Below, in pieces: positions 44,354-52,723 of a stretch of DNA of 57,905 nucleotides. Position 1 is the stretch's first letter. Every line of letters starts with the position of its first letter. Source of the DNA: Pseudomonadota bacterium (lineage in GTDB: Bacteria; Pseudomonadota; Alphaproteobacteria; Ferrovibrionales; Ferrovibrionaceae); assembly GCA_023433835.1 (NCBI GenBank), contig JAEYTW010000741.1, positions 1 through 57,905 of the forward strand. The letters are read 5' to 3'. Made by a program: the position numbers and the translations under genes. Below the pieces are notes generated by a model. It worked only from the letters and a program-made list of their open reading frames with translations. It made no database searches and had not been told where the DNA came from.

Positions 44354-45114
44354 AAGCGGTCTCCCCAGCGAACCAGCTTCGTTACTTTTCCCGGTTGCGT
44401 GACAGTGACGCCTGCTCGGTCGATCGCGGACACGCGACGACCGCCAGGCAGGACCTCACCGATTGCGAAGAGGGCTTCCCGAGCATCCACGTAGAGCCTC
44501 GCACGGAGCCCGCGTACCTCCGGTGCCCCGGAGTAGCCCAAGGCGATCACGATCGGTTCTGCTGGGGGTGCAGCCGGCGCCGTGGGGGCGGATTTGACCT
44601 GGTCCTTCGGCGTGGCAATGCCTGCCGTGATCCGCACCGATGACAACTTCGCTGCGTAGCGCCGATCCGCCCACTGCTCGAGCCTGACGAGCATCGATCC
44701 GGCCGGCGGTAACATCAGGTCGGCCGGCGGCGGCGGCACTGGCTGCGGCGCGGTGTTTTCGGCGTTCGCCGCCGGCCTTTCGGTCCCGATTGTCTCCTGG
44801 GGCAGTTTCTGTTCGATTGGCTGGCTAGGTGGAGCCGCCGATGGTGACAAGGGCCAGATGTCCGGCGGTGGGGGTGGTGCTGCCGCTGTCTGCGGCGCAA
44901 CCGCCGGCGTTGCCGGCGGCGGCGCGAACGACGCGCCTATCGGCGGTGCATTTGCGCCAGTTGGCGATACCGGAATTCCGAGCATGGGAGGTGGCAGAAG
45001 CGAACGGGGTTCCCCCGCCGAGCTCGTCGGGCCAAAAGACGGCATGTCGCCCGCGAGCGCCGGAGACACGGTCATGATGATCGTCGCACCGACGAGAAGG
45101 GCTTTAGCGGTCAT
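44350..45114 (-). CDS. PilP-like pilus biogenesis protein
   Basis: Signal/TM MTAKALLVGATIIMTVSPALA. Long Pro/Ala-rich spacer. C-terminal beta domain ARLYVDAREALFAIGEVLPGGRRVSAIDRAGVTVTQPGKVTKL. Confidence 0.55.
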   Translation of the reverse strand: MTAKALLVGATIIMTVSPALAGDMPSFGPTSSAGEPRSLLPPPMLGIPVSPTGANAPPIGASFAPPPATPAVAPQTAAAPPPPPDIWPLSPSAAPPSQPIEQKLPQETIGTERPAANAENTAPQPVPPPPADLMLPPAGSMLVRLEQWADRRYAAKLSSVRITAGIATPKDQVKSAPTAPAAPPAEPIVIALGYSGAPEVRGLRARLYVDAREALFAIGEVLPGGRRVSAIDRAGVTVTQPGKVTKLVRWGDRL

Positions 45115-46657
45115 TGACGGAGCCCTTAATGCCCCAGGCGACATCCTGGCCTCGACGATCCATGGTCAGGTCCGTGATGGCGGTGCCAGGCACAGCCAGC
45201 AGGCGTGCCCGCCATGCCTCGGGACCGATCGGCGAATTATCGATGCTGAAATCCATTGATTGCTCTGCGGGCCCCTGAGCTGCTGGCGTGGCCCCCGGGA
45301 GAACAGCTGCTGGAATGGCAGCGGATGTGCCGCCTCCGACCGGAATTGCTGCGCGGAGGCCGTCCTGGAGTATCCGCTGCCTGCGGGCAACGACAGGCGC
45401 GAGATCGGCAAGCCGATCGTCGGCGGCAGCGGACGAAGTTGCCCGCGGGAGTCGTGATCGAGCACCTATCGACGCCGACCGCCCGTCTGGGCTCCACGAC
45501 ACGAAGCGGTCAGCGCCAATCACATCCCTGGGGCGAGCCGCCGGCGGCGTAGCGTCCGCAACGGAGGCGATGGCCCGGGCGAGCACCTCTGGAAAGATCC
45601 GGCCGTCGGTTGTGGCTTGCGCCTGCCACTCGATCGACCATTCGAAGCCGTCCTCAAGGTCGTCGAAATCCGCCCGAGGTATGACCTGACACGTGGCTCT
45701 CTGCCATTGCCACCCTGCGGCCATCGTCGCGGATCCTGGCACGGCGATGTCGAGCCAAGGCGCCCAAGCAGACCTGCAACGGTCGATAACCCAGCCTGGC
45801 GCTGGCCAGCGGGCGCCGCCGACGGGAACCGGCTTGGGCGGCGGCGGCGGCTCGACAGCCACCACTTCCACGGGCTTCGGCTGGAATAGCCGGAACGTCT
45901 TAAGAACGACCGGTGTCGTGATGACGGCCCCGACCACCAGCGCCGCGATGCTCACGGCGGCGACCAGGCGCTTCGCGGGGAGGGCTGGAGACACCACGGC
46001 GCCGCGGCCGAGAACGAGCCGTGCGGCGCGCTCTGTGATGGGATCGCGGCTGTCGATCTCCGTGAGGAGCGGTAGCAGATCGACCCGGGTGAAGCCAGGC
46101 CAGTCCCATGCACAAAGCCGTTTTGCCTGAGCGCCGACGGATAGGAAGGCTTCGTCGAACTTCAATTTCAGGAATTCGAGCCAGGCCGCGTCAGTCATGT
46201 CGGCCGTGCGGCGGAGCACCACGTCTTCAATGACGATGCCGCCACCCACGACAATCAAAACCGCGCGCCCTGGCAACACTGCGGCGTCGGCCATCCCTGC
46301 AACTCGAGGCTGATCGTCCGGGAGCGGCCATATCCCGGCAAATGAATATGCCATCTCACGGGCGAGCATCGCAGCGCCCGCCAGCCACTGGCTACCGGGT
46401 GGCGTAGACCTGGGCCCATCGACCTTGGCCACGCCATAGCCGCCCACGGCACCGGCCCGGTACCAGGCCATCGCCGACGCTCGCGTGCTGCGCGCGGCCG
46501 CAGCCGCTTCACGGCGCGCTTTGCCGGCCGCGCTCTCGCTGGCCCAGCGCAGCCCGAACACGACCTCGATCGGCTTCCTGGCCTTTAACCGGACGATGGT
46601 GAGGGCTGGGAGGTCGGCGTTGGGCTCTATCGCTGGCCGGAGGGCCTTGGCCAGCAT
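45104..46657 (-). CDS. PilO-like (type 4b PilO2) pilus biogenesis protein
   Basis: ATG at 46657, 1 nt after the secretin stop. N-terminus TIVRLKARKPIEVVFGLRWAS fits my recollection of PilO2. One central TM helix (LVAAVSIAALVVGAVITTPVVL). Confidence 0.5.
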   Translation of the reverse strand: MLAKALRPAIEPNADLPALTIVRLKARKPIEVVFGLRWASESAAGKARREAAAAARSTRASAMAWYRAGAVGGYGVAKVDGPRSTPPGSQWLAGAAMLAREMAYSFAGIWPLPDDQPRVAGMADAAVLPGRAVLIVVGGGIVIEDVVLRRTADMTDAAWLEFLKLKFDEAFLSVGAQAKRLCAWDWPGFTRVDLLPLLTEIDSRDPITERAARLVLGRGAVVSPALPAKRLVAAVSIAALVVGAVITTPVVLKTFRLFQPKPVEVVAVEPPPPPKPVPVGGARWPAPGWVIDRCRSAWAPWLDIAVPGSATMAAGWQWQRATCQVIPRADFDDLEDGFEWSIEWQAQATTDGRIFPEVLARAIASVADATPPAARPRDVIGADRFVSWSPDGRSASIGARSRLPRATSSAAADDRLADLAPVVARRQRILQDGLRAAIPVGGGTSAAIPAAVLPGATPAAQGPAEQSMDFSIDNSPIGPEAWRARLLAVPGTAITDLTMDRRGQDVAWGIKGSVNDR

Positions 46658-46658
46658 G

Positions 46659-48542
46659 TCAGCCGCCGCCTCCTTGGGCCGTCGCGTCCGTTGCAACCCT
46701 CGCGGCCGAACCACTCGCCGGCTCGTCGTCGACCTGTAGCGGTGTAACGAGCAGGGCGAACCGTTGGCGCTTGCGCATGGCGTTCTCGCCACCGCCGAGG
46801 ATCCAGTTCCAGAACCAACCGACGCCTGACTCGTTGAGCACCCGGCGATCTTGTGCGAAGCCCGTGATCACGAAGGTGTCACCCGACCGCACAACCGGAA
46901 ACTGCCCGGTGGCCTGATTCGTCTGATCCGGGCTCTGCAGCGTGATGCTGCCGGCGCCCTGCCCGGAAGTCACGGGGACGAAGGTAGCGTCGCTGGCATT
47001 CGAATAGCCCAGGGCCAGCGAAATCCGCCCGTCATCCAGGACGCGCGGGATCGCGATCATGGTGTAGCCGCTCAGCGCGAAAGACAGGCTGGCGCCGCCG
47101 GACAATGTGGCGGTGCCAGTGCTCGTTGCGCCCGTGACGCTTCCGAGATAGCCCTGGCTTCGGGCGTTGGTCAGGGACACCGGTGTGTTCGACAAGGTCG
47201 TCACAGCGGTCGAGTATTCTACCGACAATCGGTTGTTCGCACTGAGGGCCTGCAGCGCCGCTTTCGTGCCGGCCCATTTCTGGGCTGCGGACGATGCGTT
47301 CGAGGGCGGCGGTGAGATGAAGCCTGTGCTGTAGGAGCCAGTCCCGGTCACATTTGAGAGTGCCGACGGCCCGGTGAACGCCACCTGAAATCCGGCGTCC
47401 TGGAAAGTCGCCGCCAGGTCGAGCGCATATGCATCCTGCTGATCGGATTCATAGGAGACGATCGCCAAGTTGACCGTCACCTGGCGGCTGGCGACGGCGC
47501 GAAGCTTCGAGACGATCGGTTCAACTCGATCCATCACATCGCGCGGCGCGGTGATGATCACGTCGCCAGTTGAGGGCATGAGCGCAAAGTCGCCTTCCGG
47601 CACCATGCTCTCGAGGGCCTTCTGCAGATCAGCCCACATCTTCGTCGAGGCCTCTGCCGTCATCTGCTGCAGAGACGACCCGCCGCTTGAGCTGCTGCGG
47701 GAACCGCTACCCGAGCTACCAGACCCTCCGGATGATGAAGAACCGGAATTACTTGAACCGGACCCGCCTGACGACCCGCCCGCCATCGAGCCCCCGCCGG
47801 TCGTGCCGATGAGCGTAGTCGCCTCGACAGACTGGGCGGGGAAGGTCCAACTCCGGGTCACATACCGAGACAGCCGAATTGCACCCCGATTGAATTCCCA
47901 GCTGCACCCAAATGCCGCGGCGAGGTAATCGGCATATCCTGACGCCGGACCGACGTAAGACGGCACGATGGCATTGGCCTGGCCATATGAGGTTACCGGC
48001 GCGCCTGGTAAGGCGGGGCCAGCACCAGGTGGCGCGAGCGGGTTCCCGGCATAGGCACCAAAGGCCTGCGGCAGACCTGCTGCGACGGGCCCCAGCGGTG
48101 CCGCCGCTGTCCCCGGCGTCGCGGCGGCCGTAGTCGTTGCGGCCAGGCCGCGCCGTGCCGCCGGCGGAGAACCGCACCCGTCGACAAGCCGCATCGCGAT
48201 TCCAGTTTCTGCCGTGAAGCGGCTCGCGAGCTGCTGCAGCGAGAACGGGGACGTTTCCCCGATCTGGTATCCCTTCTGGGTCTCGACCTTCTCCGGGAGC
48301 TTCGGCCGGATCGTCTCGCGAATAACAACGCCGCCGCCATACGGGCGGTCCACCCGGCGCATGACCGGGTTCACCGCCCGGTCGATGTTCTTCGCGGCCT
48401 GAACGGCTGCGTCGGCCTTCTTCATGTCGCCTGGCAAGGCTTCCTGATTGGATTTGTAGGTTTCGCAGGAGACCAGGCCCAGGGCTGCGACGGCGGCAAC
48501 CGCGGCCCTGAGGCGCGCGCGATTATTCATCGACCGGGACAT
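46659..48542 (-). CDS. pilN: lipoprotein secretin (PilN-like)
   Basis: Lipobox AALGLVSC. C-terminal secretin domain (...FPVVRSGDTFVITGFAQDRRVLNESGV...RFALLVTPLQV). Ser/Gly low-complexity insert. Start at 48542 or 48530; the track start at 48611 overlaps pilL by 89 nt. Confidence 0.8.
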   Translation of the reverse strand: MSRSMNNRARLRAAVAAVAALGLVSCETYKSNQEALPGDMKKADAAVQAAKNIDRAVNPVMRRVDRPYGGGVVIRETIRPKLPEKVETQKGYQIGETSPFSLQQLASRFTAETGIAMRLVDGCGSPPAARRGLAATTTAAATPGTAAAPLGPVAAGLPQAFGAYAGNPLAPPGAGPALPGAPVTSYGQANAIVPSYVGPASGYADYLAAAFGCSWEFNRGAIRLSRYVTRSWTFPAQSVEATTLIGTTGGGSMAGGSSGGSGSSNSGSSSSGGSGSSGSGSRSSSSGGSSLQQMTAEASTKMWADLQKALESMVPEGDFALMPSTGDVIITAPRDVMDRVEPIVSKLRAVASRQVTVNLAIVSYESDQQDAYALDLAATFQDAGFQVAFTGPSALSNVTGTGSYSTGFISPPPSNASSAAQKWAGTKAALQALSANNRLSVEYSTAVTTLSNTPVSLTNARSQGYLGSVTGATSTGTATLSGGASLSFALSGYTMIAIPRVLDDGRISLALGYSNASDATFVPVTSGQGAGSITLQSPDQTNQATGQFPVVRSGDTFVITGFAQDRRVLNESGVGWFWNWILGGGENAMRKRQRFALLVTPLQVDDEPASGSAARVATDATAQGGGG

Positions 48543-49317
48543 CAGATCCTCCGACGGCGCTGATCGCCAATGTGTTGGTATAAAGCGTCCCGATCGGGCG
48601 AGCCGGGACATCGGCCCAGCCCGACAGCAGGTATGGCACCGCGTCGGTGAAATAGCCTTCGCAGCGAATGGTCGCCTTCAGGGGATAGCGCAGTCCTCGA
48701 GCGTGCCAAGCGAGGTCAAAGAGCTCGGGATCGCCGAGATCCTGCTTGATGGCATCCACCCACGACGCCAGTGACGAATGCAGGTCAGATCCTTGACGCG
48801 CGCTCCACACCCGCCAGCGGCCGATCGGCCGAGGATCTTCCTCGCCAGGTCGGGCGCACAGCGTCATACGATTGTCGGCCGACGCGGGCTCGGCCGCCGC
48901 CGAAGCCGGGGGCGGTTGGACAGCGGCAGACGCGACCGCTGCGACCAGTGGCTGGTTGGGGACAGCTGGAACAGAGCCGGCAGGGGCTTGATCGGCTGGC
49001 CCGATCCACAGCATGCCGGCGGCGCCTTCGACCGCGGCCAAGCCAGCGGGCGAGAGCATTGCGGCCAGGCTTCGCCGCCAGCTCGGGCCACCGCGCCACG
49101 AGACCTTCAATTTGCGGTCAACCACCGCGCTGATCTCGACCGCTACTGCGGGGGGTACGATCTGGTAGACGGCCAGCTCGAGCGGGACACCAGAGGCGAA
49201 GCCCGCAACCGGCCCATCCGTTGCAGCTTGGTTGGCCGAGCGTGCTGCCGGCTGATGCAGAGCAACGGACAGAACAATGCCGAATGCGACGGCTTTAGCG
49301 GACATTGGTCGCACCAA
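48523..49317 (-). CDS. PilL/TcpQ-like pilus biogenesis protein
   Basis: 264 aa. Signal peptide. C-terminal region QGSDLHSSLASWVDAIKQ...WHARGLRYPLKATIRCEGYFTDAVPYLLSG resembles the TcpQ/PilL domain. Confidence 0.5.
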   Translation of the reverse strand: MVRPMSAKAVAFGIVLSVALHQPAARSANQAATDGPVAGFASGVPLELAVYQIVPPAVAVEISAVVDRKLKVSWRGGPSWRRSLAAMLSPAGLAAVEGAAGMLWIGPADQAPAGSVPAVPNQPLVAAVASAAVQPPPASAAAEPASADNRMTLCARPGEEDPRPIGRWRVWSARQGSDLHSSLASWVDAIKQDLGDPELFDLAWHARGLRYPLKATIRCEGYFTDAVPYLLSGWADVPARPIGTLYTNTLAISAVGGSDVPVDE

Positions 49318-49447
49318 AAAGTTTCGGTTTCGGCATGTACCAGCTGTCGATCGGGTCGAGATCCCGTTCCCGGCCTGAACCGAGCAGACCGAGTAACGCG
49401 ATAATCGCCGTGATGACGGCGACCTGTTTCCAGGTGACGTTTCCCAT
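49295..49447 (-). CDS. small single-TM protein (50 aa), below the ORF-track size cutoff
   Basis: Hand translation: MGNVTWKQVAVITAIIALLGLLGSGRERDLDPIDSWYMPKPKLFGATNVR. AGGGAAA 6 nt upstream. Fills the gap between two pil-operon genes. Confidence 0.35.
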   Translation of the reverse strand: MGNVTWKQVAVITAIIALLGLLGSGRERDLDPIDSWYMPKPKLFGATNVR

Positions 49448-49457
49448 GATCGTTTCC

Positions 49458-50429
49458 CTAGCTCACGATCTCGCCGCGATCGCAGGCGACGACGTAGCTG
49501 GCGCCCCGCATTTGGATCGCTTTGACCCGGCCGTAGCCTGGGATCGTGTCGCCGACGGCGACTTGACGAAGGTCGCCGTCGGGCCCTTTGGAAATCCAGG
49601 CCCTGTTGCCTGCAACAGCGCGCAGCACCTGCCGCGCACCGGCTGACGGAGCCTTGCCCGCGTCCGGTGCCGGCGGAATCGGTTGCGCGCTGATCGGTTT
49701 GGTCAGCGCCGCCGGCGCTGCCGGTGTGGGTGCGGGCGCCGGCGCAAATACCGAGGTCGACTCAGTCGGGGGCACCAGATTGCGCGGCGTCGACGCTGCC
49801 GGCGGTGCCAAGGCGGCGACGGTGACACCGATAGGGCTCGGTGCGGCCGCCGCGGTCTGTACAGGAGAAGATGGCTGCGCGAAGGAAACCAAACTCGTGG
49901 CTTGGCTTTGCGACGCCGGGGGGATTACGGCACTGACCGCGGCGCCGATCGGCGTCGGTGGCGGCAATGCGCCGGCGGAGACGATGGGAACCGGTTGCGA
50001 TGCCGACGTCGCCAACGCATCAGGCGCATTCGACACGATGGCGTTGGACCGGGCCTCAAACTTCGCCATTCGGGTTTCGAGAAGTGCGATGCGGCCGGTC
50101 GACGCGTCGACCAACTGCCACAAGCGGCGCAGCTGGTCGGCAACCTGCAGGCTGATATCTGGATAGGCACCCGCCACGGGCGAGGGGGCGGCCGTGGCGG
50201 GTGCCACTGGCGACGGTAGGCCGCCAGACCACAAAACGCAGGACATCGCGATCGCCGCAAAACCGCAGATGATCGGTCGAGGGTCGCGGACCATCACCAG
50301 CCGGATTTCGGCCGCAAAAATGCGAGCCGTCCGCCTGGTTCCGGTCCACATCCAATAGGGTCCGGCCGCGCCGGTGCTGCGCCGGAGCTTCCCGGTTCCG
50401 CCGGGTGGCGACGTCGTCATGCCCGTCAT
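49458..50429 (-). CDS. first gene of the pilus operon: bitopic protein with coiled coil, Pro/Ala-rich spacer and PilP-like C-terminal beta domain
   Basis: ATG at 50429 with RBS GAGGGGGA; the longer track ORF to 51011 overlaps the divergent LysM gene. TM helix PIICGFAAIAMSCVLW. C-terminus NRAWISKGPDGDLRQVAVGDTIPGYGRVKAIQMRG. Confidence 0.55.
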   Translation of the reverse strand: MTGMTTSPPGGTGKLRRSTGAAGPYWMWTGTRRTARIFAAEIRLVMVRDPRPIICGFAAIAMSCVLWSGGLPSPVAPATAAPSPVAGAYPDISLQVADQLRRLWQLVDASTGRIALLETRMAKFEARSNAIVSNAPDALATSASQPVPIVSAGALPPPTPIGAAVSAVIPPASQSQATSLVSFAQPSSPVQTAAAAPSPIGVTVAALAPPAASTPRNLVPPTESTSVFAPAPAPTPAAPAALTKPISAQPIPPAPDAGKAPSAGARQVLRAVAGNRAWISKGPDGDLRQVAVGDTIPGYGRVKAIQMRGASYVVACDRGEIVS

Positions 50430-50526
50430 GGATATCCCCCTCGTGATCGCGTGATCGAGATACTTTTTGCTATCGATCGACGGCCAGACTAACGTCCGAG
50501 TACCAAGTCGGCAAGAGATACGGGGC

Positions 50527-51552
50527 ATGAGTGAGGGGATGGGTGGTTCACCGGTGACCACCGGTGATGTTGACGAGCCGGGGCGGCGCCGGCGCCGGGG
50601 CCAGCAGCCCGGCAATGATTCCGCAGGGACGGATGGTGCGCGGAGCACAAAGCGGGGTGCTGCGGCCGACAACGTCGCGCCCTCGACAAAGCGGATGCGT
50701 GAAAAGCGTGCCATCCAGCGCGCAGCAGGGATTGAGCGGGCCGAGTACCTGGTCACCCCGGCCGAGCGTGTTGCGCTCGACATGGCACTCCAGCAATTTC
50801 GACAACCGCCGGAATCCACCGCCGCCCGTGGGAATGCTCCCGAAGCGGAAGCGACCGCTGCGGCCGAGGTCGCGCGACTCAGAATTGCAAATGACGAAAC
50901 TGCCCTACGGGAGGAGGCCGGCGTCCCAGCACGCCCCATCGCCGGCGTATCTCGTCTAATCCCGCGGTCAACCGAGGCGCGCCAGGCGTGGTTGATGCTG
51001 TTCGTATGCATTGCTGCTTTGGCCGGTGTCTTTGGATCCGCGGTGTCAAGTGCGGGTCCTGCTGCCCTATTTCTCGCCTGGATCTTCTACGGCCAGATGT
51101 CTGCCTCGGCGCCTGGTCGTGTCGGCGGGAGCCTGTTCATGCTGGGCCTGGCCCTCGCTGTCTATACGCTAGGCATGCTGTCCGTGCGTGGCGATGCCGC
51201 CCAGGCCCCGATCGACGACTGGCGGACAACAGGCCTATCCTTGCTGTGGAGCGAGCCGGGGGCGTTCAATAGCGCCGCGGGTCGCCATAATGGCGAGGGA
51301 ACTGCCGATGAAGCTCGCCTTCTCATGCTGGGAGGGCAGCTGGCCGAAATCTCGTCGCTGGTAGGCGCGGATATTCGGCCGGACCGAATAGCGCGCCTCA
51401 TCATGCTCGACAAAGCGGTGTCGCTAGAGGACTTGGCCGGGTGGGCCGGGACGAACGTCGATCGCATCGTGGCGCTGAACCCGACGGCGGAACAAACCGT
51501 CCCCGCAGGCGCCGTTGTCGCCATCCCTTTCATATCGAGCAGCAGGAGGTAG
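50527..51552 (+). CDS. membrane protein with a C-terminal LysM-like domain
   Basis: About 341 aa (alternative TTG at 50467). Basic N-terminus, four hydrophobic helices. C-terminus SLEDLAGWAGTNVDRIVALNPTAEQTVPAGAVVAIPF is LysM-like. Confidence 0.55.
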   Translation: MSEGMGGSPVTTGDVDEPGRRRRRGQQPGNDSAGTDGARSTKRGAAADNVAPSTKRMREKRAIQRAAGIERAEYLVTPAERVALDMALQQFRQPPESTAARGNAPEAEATAAAEVARLRIANDETALREEAGVPARPIAGVSRLIPRSTEARQAWLMLFVCIAALAGVFGSAVSSAGPAALFLAWIFYGQMSASAPGRVGGSLFMLGLALAVYTLGMLSVRGDAAQAPIDDWRTTGLSLLWSEPGAFNSAAGRHNGEGTADEARLLMLGGQLAEISSLVGADIRPDRIARLIMLDKAVSLEDLAGWAGTNVDRIVALNPTAEQTVPAGAVVAIPFISSSRR

Positions 51553-51554
51553 AG

Positions 51555-52016
51555 ATGTCCCGGAAGCAGCACGCATTCAATGTGCACGTGGCGCGTAAAG
51601 TTCAGGAGCGACGGCGTGTCATGGGATTATCCCAGCGCCAGCTGGCGGACGCCATCGGCGTTACTTTCCAGCAGGTTCAGAAATATGAGAACGGTTCGAA
51701 CCGTATGGACGCGGCGCGGCTGGTCATGGTGGCGGCCGCGCTCGCAGTTCCGCCGCAGTGGTTTTTCGAAGGTTATGATGCTGACGGCACCGCCGCGGCC
51801 GTGCTGCAGCAATTCGATGAAGACAATCTGTTCGAGCACCGCGAGGCGCTGACATTGGTCCGAGCCTTTCGCCGCGTCGGGAGCCAGGACCTGCGCGACC
51901 GTATCGTCCACCTCGCTGCCGCGGTTGCAGATTCAGAGAGCGGTCATGACCATTTCCAGATCATACGCGCGGCGGAATCGAGCTCGATGAGCCTCCCGGC
52001 CGAGGCGGCCGAATAG
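51555..52016 (+). CDS. XRE-family HTH regulator
   Basis: ATG at 51555 with RBS AGGAGG. VARKVQERRRVMGLSQRQLADAIGVTFQQVQKYENGSNRM. Confidence 0.8.
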   Translation: MSRKQHAFNVHVARKVQERRRVMGLSQRQLADAIGVTFQQVQKYENGSNRMDAARLVMVAAALAVPPQWFFEGYDADGTAAAVLQQFDEDNLFEHREALTLVRAFRRVGSQDLRDRIVHLAAAVADSESGHDHFQIIRAAESSSMSLPAEAAE

Positions 52017-52018
52017 GC

Positions 52019-52723
52019 TCATCCGAGGCAAGCCTCAAGAGCCTGCCGGATTAGATCGAGCGCCGATCGATCGGGTGCATCTGATCCAAGGCGCAGTCGG
52101 CCGACTTGCCTCGGCGCCCGGCCGAGGATATCGAGCGCATCAGCAACGCCGCGGTCGGTTGCCAACCAGACCAAACGCGTGGCGGCTTGCTTAGGGCCGG
52201 CGTAGAGGTCGGCCAACATCCCGGCCAGGTCCGCCCGTGCCCTCGCCCTATCGTCTGGTTCCCGACCGCCTTGGCTCGCCCAGGACGGCCGGCAGAAGCT
52301 GTCAGCCAGGAATTGCAGGGCTGCATCTGCCTGCTTCACGACGCTGTCGGCAGCCGCCGCAGCTGATCGCGCGCCAGGTGCTACGGCTTTTGAGCGTGCG
52401 ACATCCGCCGCTTCTCGGCGGCGGACACGGGTGCGTTCGACAAGGGCCACGATCTCGGCGTCATCGGCCGCAAAGGCCGTCAGGATAGCGGCCAGGGGTG
52501 CAAGAAGCTCTGCAGGGGTGTCTGGAGGCAGCAGCAAGGGGCCCAGAACCTGCTGATCAGCCGCGGCGTCGTGGAGTTGATCCAGCACAGTTGCGGCGGC
52601 CTGCAGCGCCCCCTTCAGCCCTGCGAGGTGCTCCGCATCCTTTGCCGCATATGCATCGCGGCGGCGCTGCAGCCCAGCACGGCGCAGTCTGAATAGCTCG
52701 GACTGGCCGTCCAGATCAGCCAC
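52019..52723 (-). CDS. hypothetical Ala-rich helical protein
   Basis: 234 aa. 8-nt overlap with the topoisomerase gene stop, so probably co-transcribed. Confidence 0.45.
   Translation of the reverse strand: MADLDGQSELFRLRRAGLQRRRDAYAAKDAEHLAGLKGALQAAATVLDQLHDAAADQQVLGPLLLPPDTPAELLAPLAAILTAFAADDAEIVALVERTRVRRREAADVARSKAVAPGARSAAAAADSVVKQADAALQFLADSFCRPSWASQGGREPDDRARARADLAGMLADLYAGPKQAATRLVWLATDRGVADALDILGRAPRQVGRLRLGSDAPDRSALDLIRQALEACLG

Noticed and set aside
50430-51011. Upstream 194 codons of track ORF 49458..51011 (minus strand)
   Set aside because: It is antisense to the better-supported LysM gene (hydrophobic helices, LysM motif) and has Arg/Ser-rich composition. The ATG at 50429 has a GAGGGGGA RBS.
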